DNA from: Candidatus Latescibacterota bacterium
GTDB lineage: Bacteria; Latescibacterota; UBA2968; UBA8231
Direction: 5' to 3'
Assembly (NCBI GenBank): GCA_965248265.1
Contig: CBDFJF010000001.1
Coordinates: 2,336,001 to 2,400,000, forward strand
Length of the DNA: 64,000 nt
Of this stretch, positions 1-9,803 are shown one piece after another. Position 1 is the first letter of the stretch, and each line of letters opens with the position of its first letter. Position numbers and translations under genes: made by a program. A model generated the notes under the pieces. That model ran no database searches. It had not been told where the DNA came from and was given only the letters and a program-made list of their open reading frames with translations.

Positions 1-699
1 ACGGCAGACGTGGCAGCGGTCGTGCTCGAACCCGTACCCGGTAACATGGGGCTGGTCCTGCCCGAGAGCGGATTTCTACAGGCTGTTCGCGAGCTGTGCT
101 CGCGCCACGACATCCTGCTGGTATTCGACGAAGTCATGACCGGTTTCCGCGTGAGCCTCGGCGGCGCCCAGGAACTCTTCGGCATTACCCCAGATTTGTC
201 GATTTTCTCCAAAGTAATCGGTGGTGGCCTCCCGGTTGGAGCGTTTGGAGGCCGCCGTGACATCATGGCCGAGCTCGCCCCCAGTGGTCCGGTCTACCAG
301 GCCGGGACGCTGTCGGGCAACCCCCTGGCCATGACCGCCGGTCTCGCCACCCTGCAGTACCTGCGGGACGAAAACCCCTACCCGCGCCTGCAGCAGCTGG
401 GTTCCCGCTGGGTAGAAGGCATGCGGGGAACGGCCGCGGACGCGGGCATCCCGGTTACGGTCGATCACTGTGGCTCAATGCTGGGCATGTTCTTCAGGCA
501 GGGCCCCGTGCGCAACTACACCGAGGTGCAGGAATCGAATGTGGAGATGTTCCAGCAGTACTTCGCCGGCATGCTCGAGGCTGGTATCTATCTGGCCCCA
601 TCCGCTTTCGAGGCCGGATTCATTTCCGAGACACACACGGAAGAGTTGATCGACGACACCATCGCCGCCGCCGCCACCGTTTTGGCGCGGATTGTGTGA
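1..699 (+). CDS. hemL: glutamate-1-semialdehyde 2,1-aminomutase, 5' truncated by window edge
   Basis: Motifs EPVPGNMG, FDEVMTGFR, KVIGGGLPVGAFGG, YQAGTLSGNPLA and YLAPSAFEA. Confidence 0.95.
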   Translation, partial: TADVAAVVLEPVPGNMGLVLPESGFLQAVRELCSRHDILLVFDEVMTGFRVSLGGAQELFGITPDLSIFSKVIGGGLPVGAFGGRRDIMAELAPSGPVYQAGTLSGNPLAMTAGLATLQYLRDENPYPRLQQLGSRWVEGMRGTAADAGIPVTVDHCGSMLGMFFRQGPVRNYTEVQESNVEMFQQYFAGMLEAGIYLAPSAFEAGFISETHTEELIDDTIAAAATVLARIV

Positions 700-750
700 A
701 ACGCGGATCAGCCCTAGACGCGGATCGCGGAGGACGAGTATTACCTGAGA

Positions 751-800
751 CGAGAATCGCGCAAAGCGCGATTCTCGAAGAGACCGCCTTCGGCGGTCTC
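751..800. terminator. two adjacent GC-rich hairpins after hemL
   Basis: CGAGAATCGCGC-AAA-GCGCGATTCTCG (751-777) and GAGACCGCC-TTC-GGCGGTCTC (780-800); no clear U-tract. Confidence 0.5.
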
Positions 801-806
801 CCTCCA

Positions 807-821
807 TTTACAAAACTTTAC
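807..821 (-). promoter_or_regulatory. CpxR-type box GTAAA-N5-GTAAA
   Basis: Plus strand TTTAC-AAAAC-TTTAC about 90 nt upstream of the Spy/CpxP-like gene; exact match to the established CpxR consensus. Confidence 0.7.
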
Positions 822-909
822 ATTCGCGCAAAACAACTGCAATAGCGGACTCCTACGGTTTCTTGCGGGAAGGGCAATACGGCCGCTCCCGAAAGCCAAG
901 GAGTTCACC

Positions 910-1449
910 ATGTCACGCATCGATGAAGCTGGAACCACCACCTCGAAACGCCGCCGCCCGGCCAAGCTGTGGATAGGGCTCGCGCTGGTGGGCATGGCCT
1001 CCACCGCCATGGCCGTCGTCGGCACCCGTCATGGCGAGCGCTGCCATGGCGGACATTGGGGCCATCATTGGGGTAGTCACGGGGGTGCTCACAGCATGGA
1101 GAGCCTGGAGGACGCCAGAGAGCATGGTGCCAGAGCTGCTCAGCGACTGCTCGACGAGGTAGACGCCGACGACGAGCAACGCCGCAAGGTGATCGACATC
1201 GTAGAGGCCACCGTGGAGGAAGTGCACGGTCTTGCCGGTGACCACCATGCTCACAGGGAGGCTTTCCTCAAGGCCCTCGAGGGCGAACACGTCGACCGGG
1301 CGGAGATCGAGCGTATTCGCGGTGCCGAGATCGAGTTGGCTGACGCGGCATCGCGACAACTGACCAATGCGATCGCCGACATCAGCGAGGTGTTGTCGCC
1401 GGCGCAGCGAGAGACGTTGCTCGAGTGGATAGCTGAGCACCATCGCTGA
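910..1449 (+). CDS. Spy/CpxP-family periplasmic protein with His-rich N-terminal segment
   Basis: Signal peptide, helical body, C-terminal LSPAQR (LTxxQ) motif, upstream of an OmpR/HK pair; AAGGAG RBS. Confidence 0.8.
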   Translation: MSRIDEAGTTTSKRRRPAKLWIGLALVGMASTAMAVVGTRHGERCHGGHWGHHWGSHGGAHSMESLEDAREHGARAAQRLLDEVDADDEQRRKVIDIVEATVEEVHGLAGDHHAHREAFLKALEGEHVDRAEIERIRGAEIELADAASRQLTNAIADISEVLSPAQRETLLEWIAEHHR

Positions 1450-1481
1450 GATCGAAGGCTTCATGCCGCAGGAGCGCATCG

Positions 1482-2177
1482 ATGGCTGAACGATTGCTGA
1501 TGATCGAGGACGACCAGTCGCTTGCCGAGATGGTGGCCGAGTACCTCAGTACGGCCAACATGGAGGTCCAGATCCAGGCTGACGGCAACGCCGGGTTGGA
1601 GCTGCTGCGGCGGGAGGCATTCGATGCCATCGTCCTCGACATCATGCTCCCAGACATGGACGGCTTTGAGGTATGTCGTCGCATCAGGGCGGATTCGGAC
1701 GTTCCCATCCTGATGCTGACAGCCCGCGGCGATGAGACCGACCGCATCGTGGGGCTGGAGCTGGGCGCCGATGATTATCTGCCTAAACCGTTCAACCCGC
1801 GTGAGCTGCTGGCTCGGCTGCGGGCCATCCTCAGGCGCAGGGGGGGCGACCATCAGCGTCCCCCCGTACTGCGCTTCGGCCGGTTGGAAATCGATCGCTC
1901 AGCCCGAGTCGTCCGCCTCGCTGGGGAGGAACGTGATCTCACCGGACACCAGTTCGACCTGCTGGTGGCTCTGGCCGAGAACGCCGGACGTGTGCTTTCA
2001 CGAGAGTACCTGATGAACCGCCTCAAGGACGAGCCGCTGCAGGCCTTCGACCGCAGCATCGACGTGCATGTCTCTCGTATTCGCACGGCGATCGAAGACA
2101 ACCCCAAGAAGGCCAGACGGATCATTACGGTACGCGGCGCCGGCTACGTTTTTGCCCGCGACCAGGACGACGATTGA
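1482..2177 (+). CDS. OmpR/CpxR-family response regulator
   Basis: Receiver (IEDD, LDIMLP, GADDYLPKPF) plus winged helix (RSIDVHVSRIR, TVRGAGY). Confidence 0.95.
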   Translation: MAERLLMIEDDQSLAEMVAEYLSTANMEVQIQADGNAGLELLRREAFDAIVLDIMLPDMDGFEVCRRIRADSDVPILMLTARGDETDRIVGLELGADDYLPKPFNPRELLARLRAILRRRGGDHQRPPVLRFGRLEIDRSARVVRLAGEERDLTGHQFDLLVALAENAGRVLSREYLMNRLKDEPLQAFDRSIDVHVSRIRTAIEDNPKKARRIITVRGAGYVFARDQDDD

Positions 2178-3493
2178 TGCGACGCCTGTACCTGCAATTC
2201 TATCTGACGGCGCTCGGCATCATCGTCCTCTTCGCGCTGCTCAGCGGCGCGGCCTGGTTTCTGCACGCTCCCGAAACGGAGGGCGACGTCAAGCTGACGG
2301 AAGGGGTTGGAATCGTCCTCGGCGACCTGCTGCCGTCGCCGGATCAGTCCTTGACCCGGTTGCAGACAGCAGTCGAGCGCTACGGCAGTCTGTTCCCGGT
2401 CGAAGTCGCCGTCTACGACGCTGGCCGCACACTCCTGGCCTCCCATGGCCACGCGCCAGATGGCCGTGGGCCACCCGAATGTCCCGTCACGGGGTTGAAG
2501 GGAGGCATCGTGCATGCGAGAGGATCCGGGTTCACGGTCGCCATCCCCCTTCCGGATCGTCGCTGGGTCGTCGCCCGTCGCGCTCCCTCCTCCCTGCATA
2601 GAGCCCTGGGAGGCCTGCTGACCCTGGGCTTGCTGGCCTTGGCCATCGGTGTGGGTGCCCTGCCTGTGGCGCGCCGCCTGACCCGCCGGCTCGAACGGCT
2701 GCAGTCCCGTGTCGAGGCGCTGGGCGCCGGCGAGTTGAGCTCCAGAGTAGACGTGGAGGGGCAGGACGAGGTCGCCCAGCTCGCCCGCAGCTTCAATCGT
2801 ACCGCCGACCGCATCGAACATCTGGTGAATGCCCAGCGTACCATGCTTGCCGGGGCTTCTCACGAACTGCGCTCACCGCTGGCCCGTATTCGCGTCGCGC
2901 TGGAGCTGCTCCACGACGGCGAAGCCCGACCGGAACTGCACTCGCAGGTGTCGGCCGATATCGCCGAGCTGGACCAGTTGATCGGTGAGATCTTATTGGC
3001 GAGCCGCCTGGAGGCCCTCGATGAGATGACAGCAGGTGGGGTTGGCGGAGAGTCCCTTATTGAAGAAGTCGACTTGCTGGCGCTGATGGCACAGGAGAGT
3101 GCCCGCGTCGACGCCCGGATTAGCGGCGACGACGCGGTGCTGTTGCGGGGCGACCGTCGTTTGCTCACGCGATTGGGGCGGAACCTGCTGGAGAACGCTC
3201 GCCGTTACGGAGGTGACTCTGCAATCGATGTTACCGTGCAGGTCGAGGAAGGGACGGCGATTTGCCGCATCCGCGTGGAGGACCGGGGGCCTGGCGTGCC
3301 AGAGGAGGACCGCGAAAAGATATTCCTGCCATTCTATCGACGCCCCGGAACAAGGGAGGAAGGGGATGGGGTGGGTCTGGGTCTGTTTCTGGTCAGCCGC
3401 ATAGCTCAACATCATGGGGGCGATGTGCGCTGCTCTCCCCGCGACGGCGGCGGTACCCGTTTCGAGGTATTCCTGCCCATGCATCGGGAGTAA
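2177..3493 (+). CDS. membrane sensor histidine kinase (HAMP-HisKA-HATPase)
   Basis: Two TM segments, HAMP, SHELRSPL, N box LLENARRY, DRGPG, GVGLGL. Confidence 0.95.
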   Translation: MRRLYLQFYLTALGIIVLFALLSGAAWFLHAPETEGDVKLTEGVGIVLGDLLPSPDQSLTRLQTAVERYGSLFPVEVAVYDAGRTLLASHGHAPDGRGPPECPVTGLKGGIVHARGSGFTVAIPLPDRRWVVARRAPSSLHRALGGLLTLGLLALAIGVGALPVARRLTRRLERLQSRVEALGAGELSSRVDVEGQDEVAQLARSFNRTADRIEHLVNAQRTMLAGASHELRSPLARIRVALELLHDGEARPELHSQVSADIAELDQLIGEILLASRLEALDEMTAGGVGGESLIEEVDLLALMAQESARVDARISGDDAVLLRGDRRLLTRLGRNLLENARRYGGDSAIDVTVQVEEGTAICRIRVEDRGPGVPEEDREKIFLPFYRRPGTREEGDGVGLGLFLVSRIAQHHGGDVRCSPRDGGGTRFEVFLPMHRE

Positions 3494-3592
3494 CACACGC
3501 GCAGCGGCAGCTTGATTGTGGCCGACTTCGTCTCTAACCTTCGCCGCGAATGCTCAGCCCTGACCTCCGCCAACTGCAAACCCAACGCTGCC

Positions 3593-5038
3593 ATGTCCGA
3601 TGATCGTCCCAACATCCTCCTCGTGCTCACGGACCAGCAGCGCGGAGACTGCATCGGCCTCGACCCGCATGCGCCCACGGTTCTGCAGACACCCAACTGC
3701 GATGCCCTGGCCCGCCGGGGCACCCACTTTCATCACGGGTATGCCGAGTGCCCGAGCTGCATCCCCGCCCGTCGCACCATCTTCTCCGGGATGGCGCCGG
3801 CTGCCAACGGCTGTGTCGGTTTCCGTAATGGGATCGAATGGAATCCACAGAATACCCTGGCCGGAGAGCTGGGGCAGGCCGGTTACCAGACGGAGATGGT
3901 CGGCAAGCTGCACCTCTACCCGCGCCTGAAGCGCTATGGCTTTGACCACATGCAACAAGCCGACGCGACCCGGGGAGAGCCGAATGAATACACCGACTGG
4001 CTGGTGAAGCAACACGGCCATACAGCCGTCCATCCGGGCATGGCTCACGGGGTTTCCTCCAACGGCTGGATCGGACGCCCGCACCATCTGCCCGAAGAGC
4101 AGATGCATTCGTTCTGGGTCGTCGACCGGGCCATGGAATTTTTGCGCAAGCGCGATCCGAGCGCCCCGTATTTTCTCAATATCTCGTTCATCGACCCGCA
4201 CCCACCGCTGACACCGCCGGCCTTCTATTACAACCGCTACATAAGCAGGGATCTGCCGCAACCCGTCGTCGGCGACTGGGCCACGGGCTTCGACGGCCCC
4301 GAGCGCGGTTTCGATCGCAACGCGTCGCACCTCTGCCTGCCCGAACAGGACATGCAGTGCGCCCGCGCCGCTTACTATGGCATGGTCAACTTCATCGATG
4401 ACCAGATTGGCCGGCTGCTACAATTCGCCGACATGTCGAACACCTTCATCCTGTTCGCCTCCGATCACGGCGAGATGCTCGGCGACCATCATCTGTTCCG
4501 CAAGACCTTCCCATATGAAGCCTCGGCCCGCGTGCCGTTCTTCGCCTGTGCGCCGGCGCGGTGGTCCTTGCCTTCGGAAATCACATCGGCATCCCCTGTC
4601 GGCTTGCAGGACATCATGCCGACCCTCCTCGACGCGGCCGGCGCCCGAATCCCGGACACCTGTACGGGCAAGAGCCTGCTGCCGGTCATACGCGGAGAAA
4701 CCGGTGCCGTCCGCGACATCCTGCACGGCGAGCACGATGGCTGCTACGATTATGACGATGGCAACCACTTCTTGACCGACGGTCACGAGAAATACGTCTG
4801 GTGCACCCAGACCGGCCAGGAGCAACTGTTCGACCTGGATACGGACCCGAACGAGTGCTGCGACCTTGCTCATTCTGCAACCGCATCCAACCGCGTGACC
4901 GCCTGGCGCGATCGTCTGATAGAGTTGCTGCGCAATCGGCCAGAAGGGTTCACCGACGGTGAGCGCCTGATCGTCGGGCGTCCACACGAGCCGGTGCTGC
5001 CCGGATATGATCCCAACACAGCATACCCATTCCTGTAG
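3593..5038 (+). CDS. formylglycine-dependent sulfatase (arylsulfatase family)
   Basis: RPNILLVLTDQQR, CIPAR (CxPxR), GKLH, SDHGEMLGDH; start taken at ATG 3593. Confidence 0.92.
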   Translation: MSDDRPNILLVLTDQQRGDCIGLDPHAPTVLQTPNCDALARRGTHFHHGYAECPSCIPARRTIFSGMAPAANGCVGFRNGIEWNPQNTLAGELGQAGYQTEMVGKLHLYPRLKRYGFDHMQQADATRGEPNEYTDWLVKQHGHTAVHPGMAHGVSSNGWIGRPHHLPEEQMHSFWVVDRAMEFLRKRDPSAPYFLNISFIDPHPPLTPPAFYYNRYISRDLPQPVVGDWATGFDGPERGFDRNASHLCLPEQDMQCARAAYYGMVNFIDDQIGRLLQFADMSNTFILFASDHGEMLGDHHLFRKTFPYEASARVPFFACAPARWSLPSEITSASPVGLQDIMPTLLDAAGARIPDTCTGKSLLPVIRGETGAVRDILHGEHDGCYDYDDGNHFLTDGHEKYVWCTQTGQEQLFDLDTDPNECCDLAHSATASNRVTAWRDRLIELLRNRPEGFTDGERLIVGRPHEPVLPGYDPNTAYPFL

Positions 5039-5052
5039 GTGGACACGCACAA

Positions 5053-5943
5053 ATGAGTTTTCAATTCGAACAAGTAGCCGGGCCGTTTTCGTTCACTGAA
5101 GGCCCTGCATGGGATGGCATCGGGGGGCTCCTGCACTCGGACATCCCCAACAGCCGCATCATGCGCTTCGACGTGACGACCGGAGCGTGCGAGGAGTTTC
5201 GCCACGGCACCAACGAGTCCAACGGCCTGATGTTCGACCGGGACGGTCGGCTGTATGGTTGTGAAGGCGGCCCCGACGGCAGGCGCATCGTGCGCTACGA
5301 AGCGGATGGTTCCACGACCTGCATCGCCGACCGCTTCGAGGGACAGCGGCTCAACAGCCCGAACGATCTCGCCTTCGACCACCAGGGACGCCTGTGGTTC
5401 ACGGACCCCCGGTACGGCGACATTGAGGACGACCTCGAACTCGACCATCAATCCGTCTTCCGCCTCGAGAACCAGTCCGCCACGGGCGATGACTGGACCA
5501 TCACCCGCGTGACCTTTGATACCACCAAGCCGAACGGACTGCTGATCTCACAAGACCAGCATCGCTTGTACGTGGCGCAGTCGGACCACGGCGATGGCGA
5601 GGCCCGCGAGCTGCGCGAGTACCCGATCAACAGCGACGGATCTCTCGGACCGTACAGGGTACTGCACAACTTCTATCCCCACCGGGGCATCGATGGCATG
5701 TGCCTGGATACCGATGGCGACATCATCGCCACCGCGGGATCGCTACAGAGCGGCCCCGGACCGATGATTTACGTGTTTGCTCCGAATGGCCGGGTGCTCG
5801 AGACGCATCCGGTCCCCGTCGACATGCCGACGAACTGTACCTTTGGCGACGACAATCTGCAAACGCTGTACGTCACCGCCTCAGGCTGCCTGTTCCGCGT
5901 CCGCACGGAGCGCACCGGTTACCTGATCTTCCCGTCGGCCTGA
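5053..5943 (+). CDS. SMP-30/gluconolactonase family protein
   Basis: EGPAW, SNGL, LNSPND, PNGL, DGMCLD and PTNCTFG motifs. Confidence 0.92.
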   Translation: MSFQFEQVAGPFSFTEGPAWDGIGGLLHSDIPNSRIMRFDVTTGACEEFRHGTNESNGLMFDRDGRLYGCEGGPDGRRIVRYEADGSTTCIADRFEGQRLNSPNDLAFDHQGRLWFTDPRYGDIEDDLELDHQSVFRLENQSATGDDWTITRVTFDTTKPNGLLISQDQHRLYVAQSDHGDGEARELREYPINSDGSLGPYRVLHNFYPHRGIDGMCLDTDGDIIATAGSLQSGPGPMIYVFAPNGRVLETHPVPVDMPTNCTFGDDNLQTLYVTASGCLFRVRTERTGYLIFPSA

Positions 5944-5953
5944 GCCCGTCCCG

Positions 5954-6133
5954 TTGTCCTCCCTCGACCACATCCTCGACTCGGACTTTCTCGAGTACAT
6001 CGTTGCCGCCCTCTTCCTGACGGCTTGGTGGGCTATCAGCAAGACGCGCCACACTCTCCGGCGTCTCAATGGCGTGGATGACGAAGGTATCGACTCCGTT
6101 GAGCGCCCCCGCCGGCGCCTGCCCCTGTACTGA
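5954..6133 (+). CDS. small single-TM protein, 59 aa (not in ORF track)
   Basis: TTG 5954 to TGA 6133 gives MSSLDHILDSDFLEYIVAALFLTAWWAISKTRHTLRRLNGVDDEGIDSVERPRRRLPLY; fills the intergenic gap with GC3-rich codons. Confidence 0.55.
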   Translation: MSSLDHILDSDFLEYIVAALFLTAWWAISKTRHTLRRLNGVDDEGIDSVERPRRRLPLY

Positions 6134-6144
6134 GCGGCACTCGT

Positions 6145-7347
6145 TTGAACCAGGATCGCATCAAACAACGCTGCCAGTCGATGGAGGTCGCTGAGATCGT
6201 CCGGGCCCTCACCGTCGAGCTGGATGACAGCAGCATCCAGTTTCGTGACGCCGCCCGGCGCGAGCTGGAGGCCCGTGGCGTCGACTTGTCCGGTTTCATC
6301 GACGCGGTCGCGGTAGCGCTCAATGACGAACCCGCTGAAGACCTTTCCATCGATGCGGCCGTTTTCCGCCTGGACACAGAGCTACAGCCCTGGGATGCGT
6401 TGCTGTTCACCAACTGTCTCGGTGATACCTTGATAGCACAGAAGGAGCTGCGTTCCTGGATCGTGCACGCCTACGAGAACGAGCGCTACGATCGTTCCTA
6501 CTTGATCACGGATACCGCTGACCTGAAACAGGTCCTGACGCCATTCATGCGGTTGACCCATTGGCAGGATCTTGCGGGCGAGTCTCACCATCTCGACGAC
6601 TGGAAGCTCCTACTCGCATCGGATGCGCGCGAGACCATCGAGATGGTGGCCGTTGATCTAGATAGCGTGGCGATTCCGTACACGGTTCAGACGCCTCTGT
6701 TTTCCGGTGACGCCGACGGCTACCTGCAGATCCTGGTTCCGAAAGAACACCTGGAGGCCGCATCGGACGTCGTCGACGAAGCGGACGACTCGCTCTATGA
6801 GCTCTACGATCGTGCCGAGGCATCGCACGCCTCCGGCGACCTCAGGCAGGAACTGGAAGTCTATGATTTGCTGATTGAGGAAGATCCTGAGAATCCTGCC
6901 GTATTCTACAACCGGGCTAACGTTCTGCTGGAGCAGGCTCGTTTTGACGACGCTGTCGAGATGCTGGCTGAAGCCGTCTCGATCGGTCTCAAATCGGTCG
7001 AGCACTCCACCGATCCCATAGGGAGACAAAGCGGCGGACTCGGTGGCATCTTCGGCGTGGTGGCCTTGCTGTTTCGCAAGATCACTCAATCGCCACGCGA
7101 CCGGGCAGAGGAGGGTGCCCTGCGCTATCCCGATTACATCGATGACGCCGAAATGCTGCTTCAGCAACTCGAGCAGAGGCTGCCCGACCACATCAAACTG
7201 CTGCATTGCCTGGCTGCCATCGCTCGCATGAAGAACAACACCGAAGGCGCCCAGGTACGCTACCGGCGTATCCTGGAACTGAACCCCGATGACCAGGTGG
7301 CCTACTTCAACCTGGGGTACCTGCACTCCGAGCGCGGAGGTGAGTGA
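6145..7347 (+). CDS. TPR-repeat protein with uncharacterised N-terminal domains
   Basis: TPR-like segments PENPAVFYNRANVL and NPDDQVAYFNLGYL. Confidence 0.8.
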   Translation: MNQDRIKQRCQSMEVAEIVRALTVELDDSSIQFRDAARRELEARGVDLSGFIDAVAVALNDEPAEDLSIDAAVFRLDTELQPWDALLFTNCLGDTLIAQKELRSWIVHAYENERYDRSYLITDTADLKQVLTPFMRLTHWQDLAGESHHLDDWKLLLASDARETIEMVAVDLDSVAIPYTVQTPLFSGDADGYLQILVPKEHLEAASDVVDEADDSLYELYDRAEASHASGDLRQELEVYDLLIEEDPENPAVFYNRANVLLEQARFDDAVEMLAEAVSIGLKSVEHSTDPIGRQSGGLGGIFGVVALLFRKITQSPRDRAEEGALRYPDYIDDAEMLLQQLEQRLPDHIKLLHCLAAIARMKNNTEGAQVRYRRILELNPDDQVAYFNLGYLHSERGGE

Positions 7348-7355
7348 AGGGGATC

Positions 7356-7419
7356 GCGAACCTGCGAACCGCGAACCTGCGAACCGCGAACTCGCGAGCC
7401 GCGGCTTGCGAGCCGAACC
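7356..7419. repeat. degenerate GCGAACC(T) short tandem repeat
   Basis: gcgaacct gcgaacc gcgaacct gcgaacc gcgaactc gcgagcc gcggctt gcgagcc. Confidence 0.8.
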
Positions 7420-7482
7420 GGACCGGCTTTATTCTTAATCGCTCTCTTACAACCTGCTTCCAACTTTCCGATCGCGCCGCTA

Positions 7483-8502
7483 ATGAACCCCTTTCTGGAT
7501 TCAACCGATGTGCAGGACGATGGCCCCGAGCTCCTCAAACGGATGGAGCGGGACGGCTACCTGTTCGTACGTGAGCTGTTACCCGGTGACGTGCTGGAGG
7601 ACTTGCGCCTGCAACTGCTCCAAATCGCCGCCCAGGGCGGCTGGGTGGATACCAACGCTCCAATCAGCGAGGCCATCGCCGATCCCGACGGATTCTGCGT
7701 CGAGCCGACGCCGGAGTACATGGAGGTATATCACCGCATGTACTCCTTGCCCCAGTTGCACGCGATCCAGCACCGGCCTGAGCTGCAGGAACTGATAGAG
7801 CGCATGTGTGGGGAAACCGTATTCCCGCACGCACGCATCATCGGTCGTACGATTTTCCCACAGCGAGAGGAATTCACGACGCCCCCGCATCAAGATTTTG
7901 TACCGATTCAGGGGTGTGCGGACACCTACAGCGCCTGGTTCCCCCTGCACGATTTGCCGGCCGAACTGGGTGGACTGGCCGTGTCGGCAGGCTCGCATAA
8001 GAAGGGCGTGCTCGAGTTTCGGCCTTCCCTCGGCGCCGGCGCCATGGAGATCACGGATCCGCTGGAGGGAACCTGGACCAACAGTCCCTTCGCGCGGGGT
8101 GATGTCTTGTTTTTCCACAGCATGTGCGTTCACAAGGGTGCGCCGAATATCGCCCAGTCGTTGCGCATGTCCGTCGATGCGCGCTACCAGCGCATGAGCG
8201 ATCCTGTGCACGACGGCAGCCTGCAGCCCCATATCCGGCCCGTCACCTGGGACACCGTCTACGACGACTGGCCCCCGGAGTACGACCACCTGCAGTACTA
8301 CTGGAAGGACTGGCAGCTGAATTTCTCGGAGTACGACTTCAGCTACCACGAGGAGCGCGATCGACTGGCATTTGAAATGGCGGCGGCCGGTGATGAACGC
8401 GCGCGCTCGACCTTGCAACGCATCGTCGCGCGCGATGAAGACCCCGCCAAGCGGTCCCGGGCTTCCGAGATGCTCGAGCGACTGGACGAGGCCGTGGCTT
8501 GA
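7483..8502 (+). CDS. phytanoyl-CoA dioxygenase (PhyH) family Fe(II)/2OG dioxygenase
   Basis: ERDGYL, HQD, WFPL, GDVLFFHSMCVH...R facial triad pattern. Confidence 0.88.
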   Translation: MNPFLDSTDVQDDGPELLKRMERDGYLFVRELLPGDVLEDLRLQLLQIAAQGGWVDTNAPISEAIADPDGFCVEPTPEYMEVYHRMYSLPQLHAIQHRPELQELIERMCGETVFPHARIIGRTIFPQREEFTTPPHQDFVPIQGCADTYSAWFPLHDLPAELGGLAVSAGSHKKGVLEFRPSLGAGAMEITDPLEGTWTNSPFARGDVLFFHSMCVHKGAPNIAQSLRMSVDARYQRMSDPVHDGSLQPHIRPVTWDTVYDDWPPEYDHLQYYWKDWQLNFSEYDFSYHEERDRLAFEMAAAGDERARSTLQRIVARDEDPAKRSRASEMLERLDEAVA

Positions 8503-8512
8503 GGACGCCCTT

Positions 8513-9250
8513 ATGAAATTGAAGGACAAGGTGGTTCTGATCACGGGTGGCGGCTCCGGCGCCGGTGCCGGCATTGCTGAGGTCTGTGCCCGCGAAGGCG
8601 CGCACATCATCATCGTCGGCCGCAACCAAGAGAAACTCCAGGCCGTGGCGTCGTCGATCGGCGACCGCGTAGCCTGCTTTGCCGCCGATGTCACCGACCG
8701 GCGACGGGTCAAAGAGTTGGTGGACCAGGTCATCTCCAACCATGGCAGAATCGATGTCCTCGTCAACAATGCCGGCGTCAACGTCGTCGAGCGCACGCTG
8801 GAAGTGCTGTCGCCGGCCGACTGGGACTACATGATGCAGGTGAATGTCACGGGCTCGTTCAACGTCGTTCACGAAGTCTTGCCGCACATGCGCGCCTGTA
8901 CACAAGGGCTGGTGGTCAGCATATCGTCACTGGCTGGCAATCACCCCAGCACCTTGGCCGGCACCGCCTACACGGCGTCCAAGCACGCCCTTTCTGCGCT
9001 TACCAGAATGATCGACATGGAGGAATCCGGCAACGGCATCCGCGCCACCGTGATCTCGCCGGGCGAGATCAACACTCCGATTCTCGACCAGCGTCCGGTC
9101 AAGGTCAGCGATGAGCACAAGAAGAAGATTCTGCAGACAACGGACATCGGTGAAGCTGTCCTCTACGTCGCTGCGCAACCACCGAACGTGTGCATCTCCG
9201 ACATGACAATCAAACCGCTCGGCATGGGCTTGACCGCCTGGACCGACTGA
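8513..9250 (+). CDS. SDR family oxidoreductase
   Basis: TGGGSGAG, VNNAG, YTASK; start at ATG 8513 after GAGG. Confidence 0.92.
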   Translation: MKLKDKVVLITGGGSGAGAGIAEVCAREGAHIIIVGRNQEKLQAVASSIGDRVACFAADVTDRRRVKELVDQVISNHGRIDVLVNNAGVNVVERTLEVLSPADWDYMMQVNVTGSFNVVHEVLPHMRACTQGLVVSISSLAGNHPSTLAGTAYTASKHALSALTRMIDMEESGNGIRATVISPGEINTPILDQRPVKVSDEHKKKILQTTDIGEAVLYVAAQPPNVCISDMTIKPLGMGLTAWTD

Positions 9251-9272
9251 CGGACGGGCACGGCGGAGGAGC

Positions 9273-9803
9273 GTGATGCGACAACTTCGCGGCAGGCCCC
9301 TCACTCAATTCTTAAGAAAGAGCGCGCGTCCTGAGACTGAGCTTATTTTTTTGCTCCAGGACGTACAGGACCCCATCAACGTGGGCTCTTGCTTCCGCAT
9401 CGCCGATGCCTGTGGCGTCAGCGAAATCCTGTTGACGGGGATCAGCGCGCGCCCGCCGCACCCGCTGATCAAGAAAGTCGGCCGCGGTCGCGACCGGCGT
9501 GTGAAATGGCGCTACGTGGAGGAGACGACGTTGGCCATCGCGGAGTGCTCTGAGGCCGGTTTCACCATCTGCGCGGTCGAGATCACGGTCGAATCGGTGC
9601 CCTATTATGAACCAGAGTACCCCGACAAGCTTTGTCTCGTCGTCGGGCATGAAGACCACGGAGTCACAAATCGCACCCTGTCGGCCTGCGACATGGCCGT
9701 GTTCATCCCGATGTACGGCAAAGGCGCTTCCCTGAACGTGCATGTATCCCTCGGCATCGCCGCCTATCACATCCTGCACCAGCATCCTGGAGAGTTGACG
9801 TGA
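9273..9803 (+). CDS. TrmH/SpoU family RNA methyltransferase
   Basis: DPINVGSCFRIADA, VGHEDHGV and IPMYGKGASLNV SPOUT motifs. Confidence 0.9.
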   Translation: MMRQLRGRPLTQFLRKSARPETELIFLLQDVQDPINVGSCFRIADACGVSEILLTGISARPPHPLIKKVGRGRDRRVKWRYVEETTLAIAECSEAGFTICAVEITVESVPYYEPEYPDKLCLVVGHEDHGVTNRTLSACDMAVFIPMYGKGASLNVHVSLGIAAYHILHQHPGELT

